The notes under the pieces: model-generated
What the model saw: the letters and a program-made list of their open reading frames with translations, nothing else
The model's database searches: none
Told to the model about the DNA's origin: nothing
Part shown: positions 1 to 11,960 of the stretch, in pieces
Layout of the letters: the number at the start of each line of letters is the position of its first letter
Numbering within the stretch: the stretch's first letter is position 1
Position numbers and translations under genes: made by a program
Assembly (NCBI GenBank): GCA_964658305.1
Contig: OZ210884.1
Span: 6,014,001 to 6,078,000 of the forward strand
DNA: 64,000 nt
Reading direction: 5' to 3'
Source: Leptogorgia sarmentosa
Lineage: Eukaryota

Positions 1-3000
1 AGTCTAGCGACGAAATCGTCCGGATTCGTTCGAGTTTCGGGAAGAGATGCTGTCCTGGTACCGGCAAATTCCGTAGCCAACGTGAACGTGAATGGTACAC
101 CGTGCGGGTCGTGCGCGTTAGTGGAACCGTTGCGTGGTCCCCTCCCAGGGAACCTGATAATTGCCAATACTCTCGTGGACGCGTCTCGAACTTGTTTTTC
201 TATTCAGGTTGCTAACCCAACCTCGAAGGACATTTGGCTTAAACCCCGGACACGTCTAGCTGTGGTGTGCAGTATCGGAAGAATCATGACCGGCGAGACA
301 TTGAACGTCGACGTGCGGACGGACGAGATTATTGTGTCGTGTACTGAGGTAGCGGGACCTCAGCAAGACACTACTGATGGAGACACTGGGACCGTGATCC
401 TACCTCGTGGTATCGCCTTATCCGATTTCCCTGGCACTCCAGATGAGAAGCAGAGAGCCACGGAGCTATTTAAGAAGTACGCTGATGTCTTCGCCCACGA
501 TAACATGGACTTAGGGAGGACGACAGCAATTAAACATGGCATTCCAACGGTCGATGACAAGCCGGTGACTCAGCGCCACCGAAGAATACCCCCCAATCAA
601 TTCGCTGAAGTAAAGCAACACCTGCAAGAATTGCTAGACAAGGGCGTGATACGGCCGAGCCAAAGTGACTACTCTTCGCCAATCGTCCTAGTACGTAAGA
701 AAAACGGTGACTTGCGACTGTGTGTAGACTACCGTCAGCTAAATGCGAAGGTGAAACGCGATGCGTACCCTCTACCCAGAATCGAAGAAAGTCTCGACGT
801 GCTCGGAGGTGCGAAGTACTTCTCGACGATAGACTTGGCGGCGGCATATAACCAAGTAGAAGTTGAACCGGATGATCGACGTAAAACGGCATTCACTACT
901 CCATTCGGGCTGTTCGAGTACAACCGTATGCCATTTGGTTTGTGCGGAGCACCGGCGACGTTCCAACGAGTGATGCAAACCATTTTCCGAGATGAGCTGC
1001 TACAGGTATTGATTGTGTACCTTGACGACATAATCGTGTTTAGCGAAGATATCGGGGAGCATCTTAAACGTTTGGAACTTGTGTTTCGTAAGCTACGAGA
1101 ACATGGTCTCAAGATCGAACCCAAGAAGTGCCAGTTCTTCTGCTCGAAAGTTACATACCTTGGACATGTTGTGTCAGCGGAAGGTGTGGCCACCGACCCC
1201 TCAAAGACTGAAGTGGTGACGAATTGGCCCGAACCGAAAACGTTGAAGGAGCTTCGATCGTTCCTGGGGTTCGCATCTTACTATCGCAAATTTGTCCCTG
1301 GATTCGCTCAGGTAGCGAAGCCGCTACACGAACTTGTCGCTAGCTTATACGATGGCGGGAAGAGCGGGAAACAGAGGAATAAGCCAATCGGAGACTTGTG
1401 GCAAGAACGTTGTCAAGGAGCCTTTCAGAACTTAAAAGCAGCTCTAACCAGTCCACCGGTCCTCGCGTACCCGGTTTACTCCAAACCCTTTATTGTCGAG
1501 GTAGATGCTTCTAATGACGGACTTGGCGCGGTGCTATCGCAGGAACAGGATGGTAAAGTCAGGCCAATTGCGTACGCCAGCCGAGGCCTTAGAGGAGCCG
1601 AGAAGAACATGAGCAACTACTCATCGCGGAAACTAGAACTTCTTGCACTTAAATGGGCAGTTACGGAAAAGTTTCGCGAGTATTTGATCTCTTCTACGTT
1701 CACCGTATTAACTGATAATAACCCACTAACGTATTTGCAATCGAAAAGCAAACTGAAGGCAGTGGAGCAACGCTGGGCGTCCGAGTTAGCGAATTTCAAC
1801 TTCGAGATCAAGTATCGAGCCGGAAAGAGTAACGTGAACGCCGACGCCCTGAGCAGGATGAAGCAGTCGGACGACCGGATCCACGATGTAAATTACGTGC
1901 AGTCGTGCCTCGAAGATAGTACCGGCACTACTATCCTACCAGAAAGATTGCGCGCGAATCTACTGAACTCTGCTACGTTCCTCGCGGATCAGAATCTAGT
2001 TGATGTCTCCCAAGTCCTGACAGAGCGATCCCTGCCGAGCAGTCCAACGTTGCCAGCCTGGGATGACAGCTACCTACGGAGACTGCAGCTGGGGGATCCA
2101 GCAATTGGTCGTCTAATCCACTACCGCAAACTGGATCGGAAACCTTCCCGTGGAGAACGTGTGAACGAGTCAAGTGAAGCAATGAAGCTGATTCGACAGT
2201 GGGATCTCATCACCGAGCAGTCCTCGATACTCTACCGCGCTATCACACGAGACGACGGCAACACCCAACTACAGCTCTTGTTACCACACGGGATTCGTAA
2301 AGAGATGCTCAGTCGTGTCCATGACGAATGTGGTCATCAAGGTCTCGAACGGACAGAGAAGTTAATTCGTGAGCGTTGCTGGTGGCCTGGACTCCACAAC
2401 GATGTTAAGGAATATGTCACGCAATGCCAACGTTGTGCAATTGCGAAGGGTCCTTATACGGCAGTGAAGACCCCCCTGAAGAGTTTTATGGCAACGAAGC
2501 CCCTGGAAGTGCTGGCAATGGACTTCACGCAGTTAGAGAAATCGGCAGATGGGAGAGAAAATGTGTTGGTTCTAACTGACGTGTTCTCAAAGTTTACCAT
2601 AGCCGTGCCCACTCGAGACCAGAAAGCCACTACGGTAGTTAAGACCCTGATACGAGAATGGTTCCTGGTGTACGGGGTACCGAAACGAATACATTCAGAT
2701 CAAGGCCGAAGCTTCGAAGCGGAAGTGGTCGCGGAGCTGTGCGAAATGTACGGAGTAAAGAAATCTCGCAGCACCCCATACCATCCGGAAGGGAATGGAC
2801 AGTGCGAGCGCTTCAACAGAACCCTCCATGACCTCCTACGGACCTTACCCGAGAAGAAGAAGAGGCGATGGCCTGAACACCTGAAGGAACTATGTTACGC
2901 ATATAACGCAACACCCCATTCTTCCACCGGATATGCTCCATACTACCTTCTGTTTGGAATCGACCCCAAGCTCCCAGTTGATCTTGTTCTACCCACGGAG

Positions 3001-3570
3001 AATGAGGGGCAGCAAACGGAACAGAGTGAATGGTTGACCTTGCATCAAGATCGGTTACGTGAGGCTCATGCGAGAGCTCGACGTAAGTTAGAAACAGAGG
3101 CTCTGCTACGGAAATGGCAATTCGATCGTCACACCAATGTGAAGCCGAATGAGATCTCAGTCGGAGAAAGAGTTTTCGTGCGCAACCACCCGAAAGGCAG
3201 ATGCAAAATTCAGAACAAATGGAAGAATACGGTATTCAAGGTCGTACGGAAGCAAGGTGACGTATACGAGATTGAACCGGCGGATGGACAAGGGGAACCT
3301 AAGACCGTGAATAGATCAGAGCTTCAGGTTTGTCCCAAACCAAGGCAAGCGGACACGAGGTCCAACAGATCAAGACGAAAGTTGTCCCAAAGTAACAGGA
3401 ATGACGAGAGCTCATCGGATGAAGAAGCGAGTGTTGAAATCACAATCCCTCAGCGAGAGAACAGAAGGTTCCAGGAAGATGGTGATCCACCTCAACGACT
3501 TCGTCGCTCTCATAGAAGAAACAAGGGGCAACATGGTAATCCTTACAATCAACCCAGAAGTGCGAGATAA
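1..3570 (+). CDS. pol: Ty3/Gypsy LTR retrotransposon pol polyprotein (RT, RNase H, integrase); frame is open from the window edge
   Basis: RT motifs LCVDYR, MPFGL and YLDD; RNase H VDASNDGLGAVL; integrase H-H-C-C zinc finger (HDECGH..CQRC) and DDE residues (MDF, HSDQG, ERFNR), in the Gypsy order RT-RH-INT; no stop in frame 1 from base 1. Confidence 0.97.
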   Translation, partial: SLATKSSGFVRVSGRDAVLVPANSVANVNVNGTPCGSCALVEPLRGPLPGNLIIANTLVDASRTCFSIQVANPTSKDIWLKPRTRLAVVCSIGRIMTGETLNVDVRTDEIIVSCTEVAGPQQDTTDGDTGTVILPRGIALSDFPGTPDEKQRATELFKKYADVFAHDNMDLGRTTAIKHGIPTVDDKPVTQRHRRIPPNQFAEVKQHLQELLDKGVIRPSQSDYSSPIVLVRKKNGDLRLCVDYRQLNAKVKRDAYPLPRIEESLDVLGGAKYFSTIDLAAAYNQVEVEPDDRRKTAFTTPFGLFEYNRMPFGLCGAPATFQRVMQTIFRDELLQVLIVYLDDIIVFSEDIGEHLKRLELVFRKLREHGLKIEPKKCQFFCSKVTYLGHVVSAEGVATDPSKTEVVTNWPEPKTLKELRSFLGFASYYRKFVPGFAQVAKPLHELVASLYDGGKSGKQRNKPIGDLWQERCQGAFQNLKAALTSPPVLAYPVYSKPFIVEVDASNDGLGAVLSQEQDGKVRPIAYASRGLRGAEKNMSNYSSRKLELLALKWAVTEKFREYLISSTFTVLTDNNPLTYLQSKSKLKAVEQRWASELANFNFEIKYRAGKSNVNADALSRMKQSDDRIHDVNYVQSCLEDSTGTTILPERLRANLLNSATFLADQNLVDVSQVLTERSLPSSPTLPAWDDSYLRRLQLGDPAIGRLIHYRKLDRKPSRGERVNESSEAMKLIRQWDLITEQSSILYRAITRDDGNTQLQLLLPHGIRKEMLSRVHDECGHQGLERTEKLIRERCWWPGLHNDVKEYVTQCQRCAIAKGPYTAVKTPLKSFMATKPLEVLAMDFTQLEKSADGRENVLVLTDVFSKFTIAVPTRDQKATTVVKTLIREWFLVYGVPKRIHSDQGRSFEAEVVAELCEMYGVKKSRSTPYHPEGNGQCERFNRTLHDLLRTLPEKKKRRWPEHLKELCYAYNATPHSSTGYAPYYLLFGIDPKLPVDLVLPTENEGQQTEQSEWLTLHQDRLREAHARARRKLETEALLRKWQFDRHTNVKPNEISVGERVFVRNHPKGRCKIQNKWKNTVFKVVRKQGDVYEIEPADGQGEPKTVNRSELQVCPKPRQADTRSNRSRRKLSQSNRNDESSSDEEASVEITIPQRENRRFQEDGDPPQRLRRSHRRNKGQHGNPYNQPRSAR

Positions 3571-3670
3571 GTAACGAACTAAAACAGTGTGTTACCTACT
3601 GAACAATTAAGAATCATAAGTCTATTAGAATAGTAATTGTAGTTATTGTTCGCTTGGGGACATGACGAAC

Positions 3671-4293
3671 AAAAGTAGGGAGGATTGTGACCGGATGATG
3701 CGTATCCGTATTTACTTATTTTGTTAGTTAAATGGCGTAGTTAGGCCACAGTAATTTCCTATGCAAACCCCAATTACGCAAATAGTTTCAAGCTCATCCA
3801 AGGTCATAGCTTAAGGGAAGTCAAAACTGCAGAATCATGCTTCTAGCATTATCTTGCGACGCAGATCCTGTTTTTGTGGTTAATTTTCTGTAACGTAAAG
3901 TTGCTTTCAGCATGAGTGAGCAACCGCAAATCTTCCTTTTACCACGCATTTTACGCAAATGCTACGCACGCGAAAATTGCTAATCTTCCTGTGTGTGATT
4001 ATAAATTGAGCGCACAAAAGTATAATACTGATTCAGTCGCTGTTGCGCAGTCACGGTTAACGCGTATAATGTACGGAATCTACGTGTATATTGGTCGTTC
4101 AATGTGGATATACGACGTATGTTTGTAAGAAACCTCGCGGAGTCAAGCCTCGGGTGACATTAGTGTTCAATTCGTTCTCGTTTATTCGTTTATTGTATTC
4201 GTTTATTGTATTCTGGTTTGTAATCGCTTATTAAAGTCTTTAAAAACTCACTCGTATCTTTGTGCGTAACCCGACCGTACCGGCCGTCTTACA
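3671..4293 (+). mobile_element. Polypurine tract (3671-3685) and 3' LTR (3686-4293) of the Gypsy element
   Basis: aaaagtagggaggat directly precedes TGTGA; the LTR ends ...TTACA at 4293; ATTAAA poly(A)-like signal near 4230; BEL gag sequence begins right after 4293. Confidence 0.8.
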
Positions 4294-5591
4294 CTTGTTC
4301 TACCCGCAAAGACTTTATGTCTTGGGCCCCGTCTATCAGTTGAAGTTTGACTAATCGTGGAACAAAGTTGTGCATTCTCCATATGCCTAGCTCTTGATTC
4401 TAACCAAGTATAGAACTCTTCCAAATTAACTCTCTCAGGATGATCACTAGACCACTCATGCCACTTATAAAACAAAAATGTTGGCAACTTGGCTACTGCT
4501 TCCTGGACGATAAAACTAGACTTTAACTCGTGATTCAACTTCAGCGATCGAAACGACTCAATCATGTTTGAAATTACATCAGACAATGAGCGTAATTGGC
4601 TTGGGTTGTGTCCCTGCACTTGAGGATGCGATCGTAAGGCTTTAAGATTCGCATTAGTAATTGTTCTCACATTTCCAAACCTCTCTTCAAGAATTTTCAT
4701 GGCTCTATTGAACTGTCCGGAACCGGGTAAAATTCCCTTCAAAGCATTTTCTGCATCGCCTCGGACATGTTCAATTAGAAGATCTAGCATTTCATTTTCA
4801 TCATAAATGCCTCGTTTTCTTATACGATCGAATGTTGCTTTAAAAGCCACAAATTTATCCACAGCTCCACTAAAGATTTTAATATGAGGTTTTGACTGTT
4901 TTGCTATCTCAGTTCCCAGTCGAAAGAGGTAGTTTGGCTCACCTTTCTCTTGCGATGTTCTGTGTATGGATTTCTCATTCTCGGTAGTTTGTCCTTGCTT
5001 CGCGTCACCCTCGGGACTTCTCACCTCTGCAACATCACTTAACAAACGTTGGACTCTGTCTTCTCCTTTCTCTTTCGGCAGACTTTCTAATATTGATGTA
5101 GGTTGTGACTCCTTTTCCTTCTCGCTTGATTCTCGCGAAGAATTGTCATCAGACCCTGTTAGTGATTGTTCCGCCTCTAACTTGGCTATGTCTACTTCTA
5201 GTTGCTGTTCTTGTATTCTCCGTTCGTTTTCGAGTTGTAGTTCTCTTGCTCGGAATTCTGCTTCCCGTTTGATTGCTTCCAATTTGATCTGTGCCAGTCT
5301 AGCGGCTTTTTTCTTCTCTATAAGTTTTTTCTTTGAGCTCGTTGTAGAGCCATGTGACTTGCTTTTTCTCGATCCTTTTGATTTTGCCACACTCCGAACC
5401 TCAGAATTTGCTACTTGCGCATTGTCAATTTCCTCGCTACTTTTTTGTCGTTCCTCCTCGTTTCTCTCGTCCGTAGTTGTAGCGTCCTCGCTAACCTTTT
5501 CCGTCTCTTTTACTCGACTTGATCTTGTTTTAATAGGTGAAAAATCGTCTGGAGATACCTCGATATCCTGTGTTTTACTCATCGTCGACAA
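4294..5591 (-). pseudogene. gag: BEL/Pao LTR retrotransposon gag (DUF1759-like), interrupted by the Gypsy element
   Basis: Coiled-coil N-terminus plus Pao gag-like motifs (FSGAVDKFVAFKATF, HVRGDAENAL, AMKILEERFG, KLP..W); the last residues of the ORF read into the Gypsy LTR. Confidence 0.85.
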
Positions 5592-5620
5592 TTTGAATTT
5601 ACTCCGTTTGAATTACTTTA

Positions 5621-5869
5621 TCCGGCTCGAAGGACCAACATGTGGCGTACAAACCACTTAACTGACTCAATTTATGCTGGTTCTCTGTGTAATTAACCTC
5701 TTGATGACTCGATTGCAAAGGATTGTATTATTTAATATCTCAATTTTCAAACATACAGAAAATATGAACCTTTCGCCTTCGTTTTACTTTTCGTACCGTT
5801 TCTTTGTCCAGCGGTCATTATTATTATTATTATTTGAAACTTAATGTTATATTACTTTGTTCGTTCACA
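5621..5869 (-). mobile_element. BEL/Pao 5' LTR (5641-5869) with a tRNA-Tyr-type primer binding site (5621-5637)
   Basis: LTR bounded by TGT...ACA; the minus strand reads TGGTCCTTCGAGCCGGA, complementary to the tRNA-Tyr 3' end; KS coding sequence resumes exactly at 5870. Confidence 0.85.
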
Positions 5870-8800
5870 TAGCAATTGTATGTGCACCAAATATTCTTCT
5901 TACGGGTAGAAAATTTCACCTGGCATGCTGCAGGGCAGGACTGTTGGCCCAAGACGGTCGTTGCAAGAGTTTTGATATAACAGGAGATGGATATGGTCGA
6001 GGCGAAGGTGTTGCTGCTGTATTGATTAAACCAACCCAAACAGCTCTGGATGACCGAGATGATATTTATGCGGAGGTTCTAGCTTGTGGTGTGAATAACG
6101 ATGGACAAACAGCAATTCCAATAACAGCTCCTAGCGAAGTTACACAAGCCGTCTTGTTCGAAAGAGTTCTTCGAGAATCTGGTTTGTCGAAGGATGAAAT
6201 ACAGTACGTTGAAGTGCATGGCACCGGTACAGCTATTGGTGACGTCGTTGAAATGGGATCATTGGCTGCAGTTTACGGGCATAGTAGCAGCCAAATACTT
6301 CGTGTTGGATCCGTGAAATCCAATGTAAACCACACCGAATCAACTGCAGGTTTAGCTGGCTTGATAAAAACGTGTCTTATGATAAAACATGCTCAATATG
6401 TTCCGACAATCAACGTCCATGAAGTTAAGCCTCAGCTTAAAATGACTGAGAGAAGAATGATGGTTCAAACTAGTAATGAGCCGTGGAATTGCAATGCTGG
6501 GACTGGCAGAGCAGCTGCCGTCTCATCCTACGGCTTTGGTGGTTCTAATGCTCACCTTATCGTCCGAGAAGTTACCAGGAAACCTGTTTCAGTATTTCCT
6601 ACTAGACCAATATCTAACAGAGTTATGACGTTGTCCGCTACTTCAAAAGATGCTTTAAAAGCCCTGGCCATGAAAGTATCGCAGTCTTTCAGGACGAAAC
6701 CAGATGATGTCGAACTTCTCAAGGACAACATTTGCTATTCCCTAAAAGAGAGATACACTCAACATCAATATCGTTTGGCTGCCAGTTTTTCTTCTTTTCA
6801 AGACGCAGCAAATGCTTTGGAAAAGTTCACTAATCTTGATGAAGGGTTTGAAGACGTGGTAGCTACTGGTCATGTAACTGAATCCCGTAATAAAGTCGTA
6901 TTTCTGTATGGTGGTCAAGGAGCTCAATGGTTTGGAATGGCAAAGGAATTGTTAGTTCATGAGCCAAAGTTCAAGGAAAGTATTGAAAAGATAGATGACC
7001 TCCTGAAACGGTACAAAGCCTCGTGGTCCTTACTAAATGAGCTTCAAAAGCCGGAAGAAACGTCCCGCCTAAACGAAAATCCCATCGGGCAGACGGCGTT
7101 GTTTGCTGTACATTTCGCCTTAACTGAATTACTGGAATCGTGGGGTGTCACACCATCAGCTGTTGTTGGCCATAGTCTTGGGGAAAGATCGGCTGCTTGG
7201 GCTTCTGGAGCATTGCGTTTACATAAAGCGTTGCAATTGGTTTTATTTCGATCTCAACTTCACGAGAAGTGTTCACCGACAGGTTGTATGGCTGCCATTG
7301 GTCTTTCAAAAGCTGATGCTGAAAAAATGTTGAAGGAACTTCAGGTAGAGAATGAAGTTGGTGTTACGGTGATGAATAGTCCAGGAAACATCGTCTTATC
7401 TGGTTCTAAAGCGTCAATGGAACTCGTTGAAAACCACGTGAAAAGTGCGCGAAGTGATGTTTTCTGGAAAAAACTTTCCACAATACGAGCCTATCATATA
7501 GCCAAGAGATGGAAGAAATCAAACCACCAGTGAATTCCGCGTACGTCAAACATCAAGTAATATACCATTTTACTCAAGAGTAACAGGCCCCTAGTTGTCT
7601 AGTCAGCTTCTCTCCTTGGAGCATTGGTGGCAAAATATCCGACAACCTGTTTTGTTTAAGCATGCCCTAAAAACCATGTTTGCTGATGGCTACCAATTTT
7701 TCATTGAAATCAACGCTGCCCCTCAACTTTCATACCATGTTCGCCAGACGTGGTTCCGCAGTCAAACAGCAAAGTCCTTGCGTACGAATGAGGTTTTTGT
7801 GATTCAAACTATTCCGAAACGCACAGCAAGTCATCAGCACTTGTCTTTTCTTCAAAACTGTGTTGCTCATCTCTATACCCATGGTGTGCCCATATCCTGG
7901 AACAAAGTGCAAGGTTTAGGTTCAAAAACATTCTTTCCACGTCCAACATACCTCTGGCAAGAAACAGAGTTTTGGTACCGTGATGAACGTCCTTTGGAAT
8001 TTGTTACGTTTTTGAATAAACCCAAAGCAGAAGGAAACGATCGGGTTGTCTCCTTCCATCCCCTTCTTGGAAATGCGGTACCAACGGAAACATTTGCTGG
8101 CATACGTGCGTGAGAGTCTGAAATAAATTTACATGATCTGCCATACTTGAACGATCACAAATTCTCTGGTTTTCCTGATCCTGTGATTCCAGCGGCCGTT
8201 TATGTGGAAATGGCATTGGCAATGTCATTAGATCTGTCTCCTAATTCAGCGCAAGATATACACAACATTGCCTTCAAGAATCTGCTGACTCTATCTAGTA
8301 TCGATTCACATATAATTAGAACACGTCTTTTACCAGAAGAATATCCTAGTAAAGAAAATATGTTTCAAATTACTATCGTTCAAGACTTTGGTGACGAAGT
8401 GATTCTTTCTGATGGTGGCATATATGTAGATGCTAGTTATGGCTATGCGAACCAAGGTATGACAAGGTTTTTAGCCCCTAGTTACACGATATCGGATTAC
8501 TATCGGAGCGGCTGTTTCAATGTGGATTTAGCTCTTTTGTGATAATATCCCGAGAGAAGACTGGAAAGTGTCCTAAATTGATGTCACTCCGATGCAAATC
8601 CGCGGCATGGTGTAACTGGGAACTAATAAATCAGATGTTGGACAGTCGTCCAGCGAATTAAAACTCTTGTTTCATCGACAACTTATTTAGTAAAAAACGT
8701 ACCCCCTGATGAAACAGATATGAAAAGCCGAATAAGATAAGAAAAAACGCGAAGAGTTGAGTTTTGCATTTGGTCCCCAATTTGATTTGATAACCGATAC

Positions 8801-9600
8801 ATGGTCAAACGACACAGAAGCACTATCTTGCATAGTCCCGACTGAAGAGATTGTTAGAAGCGTCATTTTATGTTTTCCACCGGACATTGATTGATGCGTG
8901 TTTCCAAACAATTCTTTTGCTCAGTAATCAAGCTGGTAAATTTGTTCCCAAGAAAGTGACTTGTGTCACCATGCTGCAAAATCTCTCGTGTATCGAACAG
9001 TTTTATGTCCACACCAAATTGGTGGAATCTGAGAAAACAATAACCTACAACATCACCCGTTGAACAAAGACCTCAACGGGTAGTACCCGATATTTCTCAA
9101 TTGAGAACATGGGTAATGCCCACGCTGGACTATCGTCTAAGTAGCCTTGCCTGGTAAATTATGAACAGTAATTGCCCGGGTCTATAATCATATGCATTTA
9201 GCCAGGCCAGAGTGGTGAGCAGCGAGCTGGAATTAGCTCAAGTGGTAAGGCACGCGGTGCGTGCGTTGCAGTTCTATAGTTCAAACCCCAGTTCGACACA
9301 TTTTTTCAGCGTTGGTGATGAAAACCTTTTTTTCCTCAATATTTTTCTCACCACAATGGTCAGGGTTAGGATTCTAGGGTTTGGGTTGGGATTAAGGAAA
9401 TTCTTAGTATATAGAAAAATGGTTTATATCTAACACTAATATAACTATATCAAGAGTAATACTGAAACGCCGACCAGCAAGCTTAGGCGATAGTCCAGCG
9501 TGGGCATTACCCGTGTTCTCAATTGAGAAATATTGGGTACTACCCGTTGAGGTCTTTGTTCAACGGCTGACAACATCACCCTGATCGATCGGTATTCGAG
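5870..9600 (+). pseudogene. Copy A of the Patched-PKS gene: KS C-half, AT and DH; disrupted
   Basis: Near-identical to copies B and D; EVHGTGT, GHSLGER, a frameshift near 7499, TGG>TGA at ~8111, a deletion at the next exon's acceptor (~8730), a MITE at 9054, and truncation near 9600. Confidence 0.9.
9054..9569. mobile_element. Non-autonomous TIR element (~85-bp TIRs, acaacat target duplication) with an internal tRNA-like segment
   Basis: ccgttgaacaaagacctcaacgggtagtaccc... is repeated inverted at the right end; acaacat at 9047-9053 and 9570-9576; the empty site is present in copy D (~49042). Confidence 0.88.
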
Positions 9601-10270
9601 ATTGTATTATGATTGGATGACGACCTGATGACAATTGGATTTAAACTTGCCAAGCATGCGCAGTTGATCATTTTTTGCCGATCGCATTGAAAAAAAAGTT
9701 GCCTGAAAATGATACTTTTTAATATTGAGTTACACCTCTGTATGCTATATACTCTGCGATCGGGTGGAACATTATTCGTGTAAACACGCGAGACAACACG
9801 CACGACTCCAGTCGGCTGGCGCCTACCATGATGAGGCATCGTCACATTCGCCTTTCCTATTTAGCGGGAAAACATGCAATTTTACAACAGAGCAGCCATG
9901 CACAACTCACTAAATCATGCAAGCTATCAATATTTTTAACTGCAAACAAGGGTTCTTCACAACAAGCAGTACTGTTCAATTTTATTGAAGGAAGTATTAT
10001 TATATTACTTACTAAAATTCCCTTTGTGTGGCTTTTACCGGTCACAAAATAGGTATTAATCCCAACTAGTTTAGCATAATCATACATATATTTTATATAT
10101 AAAGCTAATACAATTGTCCCCCAAATAATTCTAAAGTAGTGTTATATATAATCACATATTATATCCCAACCTCCCAAGAGTATTAGTGATAAAAGTTAAA
10201 ATAAGAATAAATGTTATGAAAATAAAGTTGGTGAAAAGTTGACAGTTATATATTCGCATGCCGCAACATG

Positions 10271-11960
10271 TCACTGGATAAATGGAATTCCAAAGAGAGC
10301 TTCCAAGGCATCGATCAGTTTCTTAAGTTGTTCCCAATCTTCACATCTGAACGTGTAAAACTTGTCTTTGTTGCTCAACATACACACAAGGAAATCTATG
10401 TAAGATTTGTTCTCTTGACTCTTTCGGATTTCATTGACATGTCTACCAGGTACAACGTTGCTCAGCTCTTGAAGGTAGATTGAAAATAGGATAAAATTAG
10501 ATTAAATTCAAAATTAGCTTTTCGGAAGCCCCTATATATATATATAAGTCTTATATATAGCCCACTCCCTGTGGGATGTTGATGCTATTCTGGGAGATAC
10601 GATTGTGATCAGGTTTTTAAAATATGATGGAATGAAAGAATAATAGAGTCTCGAGGAATTGAGTGCCGTAAGATGCGTATTTTTCGTGACAAATAAACTC
10701 AACCGGCAACATTATATTTGTGAAAAAACAGTAGAACAGTGTGATGCATGAGCATGTTCATTTTCCTGGTAAAGGTAAATTTGTTAATGGTTACGCACCA
10801 AGATTGAGAGCTGGACGATGGTCGTCAAATTTATGAAAATAATTAATACGGTCATTTATCTAATTTTTTACGTTGATTTTCACAATAATAACACAACTTT
10901 GCCAATGAACATTTTTAAGTCAATGAGAATATTATTTCACTCTTAGGTTTATATATCAAAAAAGGAAAAGGCTCAATTTTGAGTTGCATTCATGAATATG
11001 TGCTACTCTCCAAATTCCAACGATTGAAAATTCAATCTAAGTATCGGTAAAAACAATCTGTTTGGGACTGTTTCTACGGACCAAACTTTTTCTATTGAAA
11101 ATCAATTCTAAGGGCGATTGAAAGGAAATCCGTCTAAAAGATTAACTTTTCAATCAAATTTTACTCGATTTTCGATTTAGCGAAAGAAGCTTATTTTTGG
11201 TCTGCTATTGCCGCACACGCGAAGTCTGAGCAACATGATTGGCTTAGAATTCTAAATCTTTGCAAAGGTTGAAATGATTCTCAGCCGTCTTTATCCACTG
11301 ACATACTTTCAATCGAATTGCACACTGAAACAGTATTTTTCAATCTAAGTTCAATCAATTAGACTAATCTATTTTTCAAACTGTTGAAAGATTGAAATTT
11401 TCAATTTTTTGAACTAAGAGAGTAGTGAAATTTGTACGATACTGATACGCTATCAAACAAAAAACTCTGCAGCACTTCCGAAAAGAGATCTTTAGAATCT
11501 CAAAGCTAGTGTTCTAAGAATGCATGAGCAAACATTCTCATTACGAATACAGTATATATGGATTTGTACGATTGATAGTTTGTGGGTGAAAAATTCAAAC
11601 TTGATTAAAGTGAAGAAATACCTTTCAGGAAAATCTTTCGCATCTTGGGGAATCCAAACGACTCATATGTAAAACAAAATACTGTTTCTTCAGAATCTAA
11701 CCACAAAATACCTTTCAACATTGCAGTGGAACCTAAATACAGAATTCAGAGCTAAATTCAAAGGTCTGAATATTTACTCAAACATCTGTTTTCAAACACC
11801 GTTTCATTATTTTATTTTGCAGTTTTGTAATCTATTTGTTTTATGTATAATATTATAATTGCATTTTTTTTCTCTCTTACTTGGACTTGACAACATTCTG
11901 ACGTGTAAGCCTTGCTTCAGGGACTCTACCAAGCGTTCTTGTGGCCTGGATCTCACAGTC
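10271..11960 (-). other. C-terminal PH-like domain of copy B (end of coding exon 10 plus exons 11-12)
   Basis: Spliced sequence LKQGLHVRMLSSPSSTAMLKGILWLDSEETVFCFTYESFGFPKMRKIFLKELSNVVPGRH...FLVCMLSNKDKFYTFRCEDWEQLKKLIDALEALF fits the beta-sandwich plus terminal helix pattern of PLC-type PH domains; conserved in copy F. Confidence 0.6.

Noticed and set aside
4966..5661. 231-aa Ser/Phe-rich ORF and the many other short antisense ORFs over the PKS copies
   Set aside because: Shadow frames of real coding sequence on the opposite strand
9223..9295. Functional tRNA genes here, at 35317-35387 and at ~39670-39695
   Set aside because: No convincing anticodon arm; the first two are embedded in TIR elements; treated as tRNA-derived repeats
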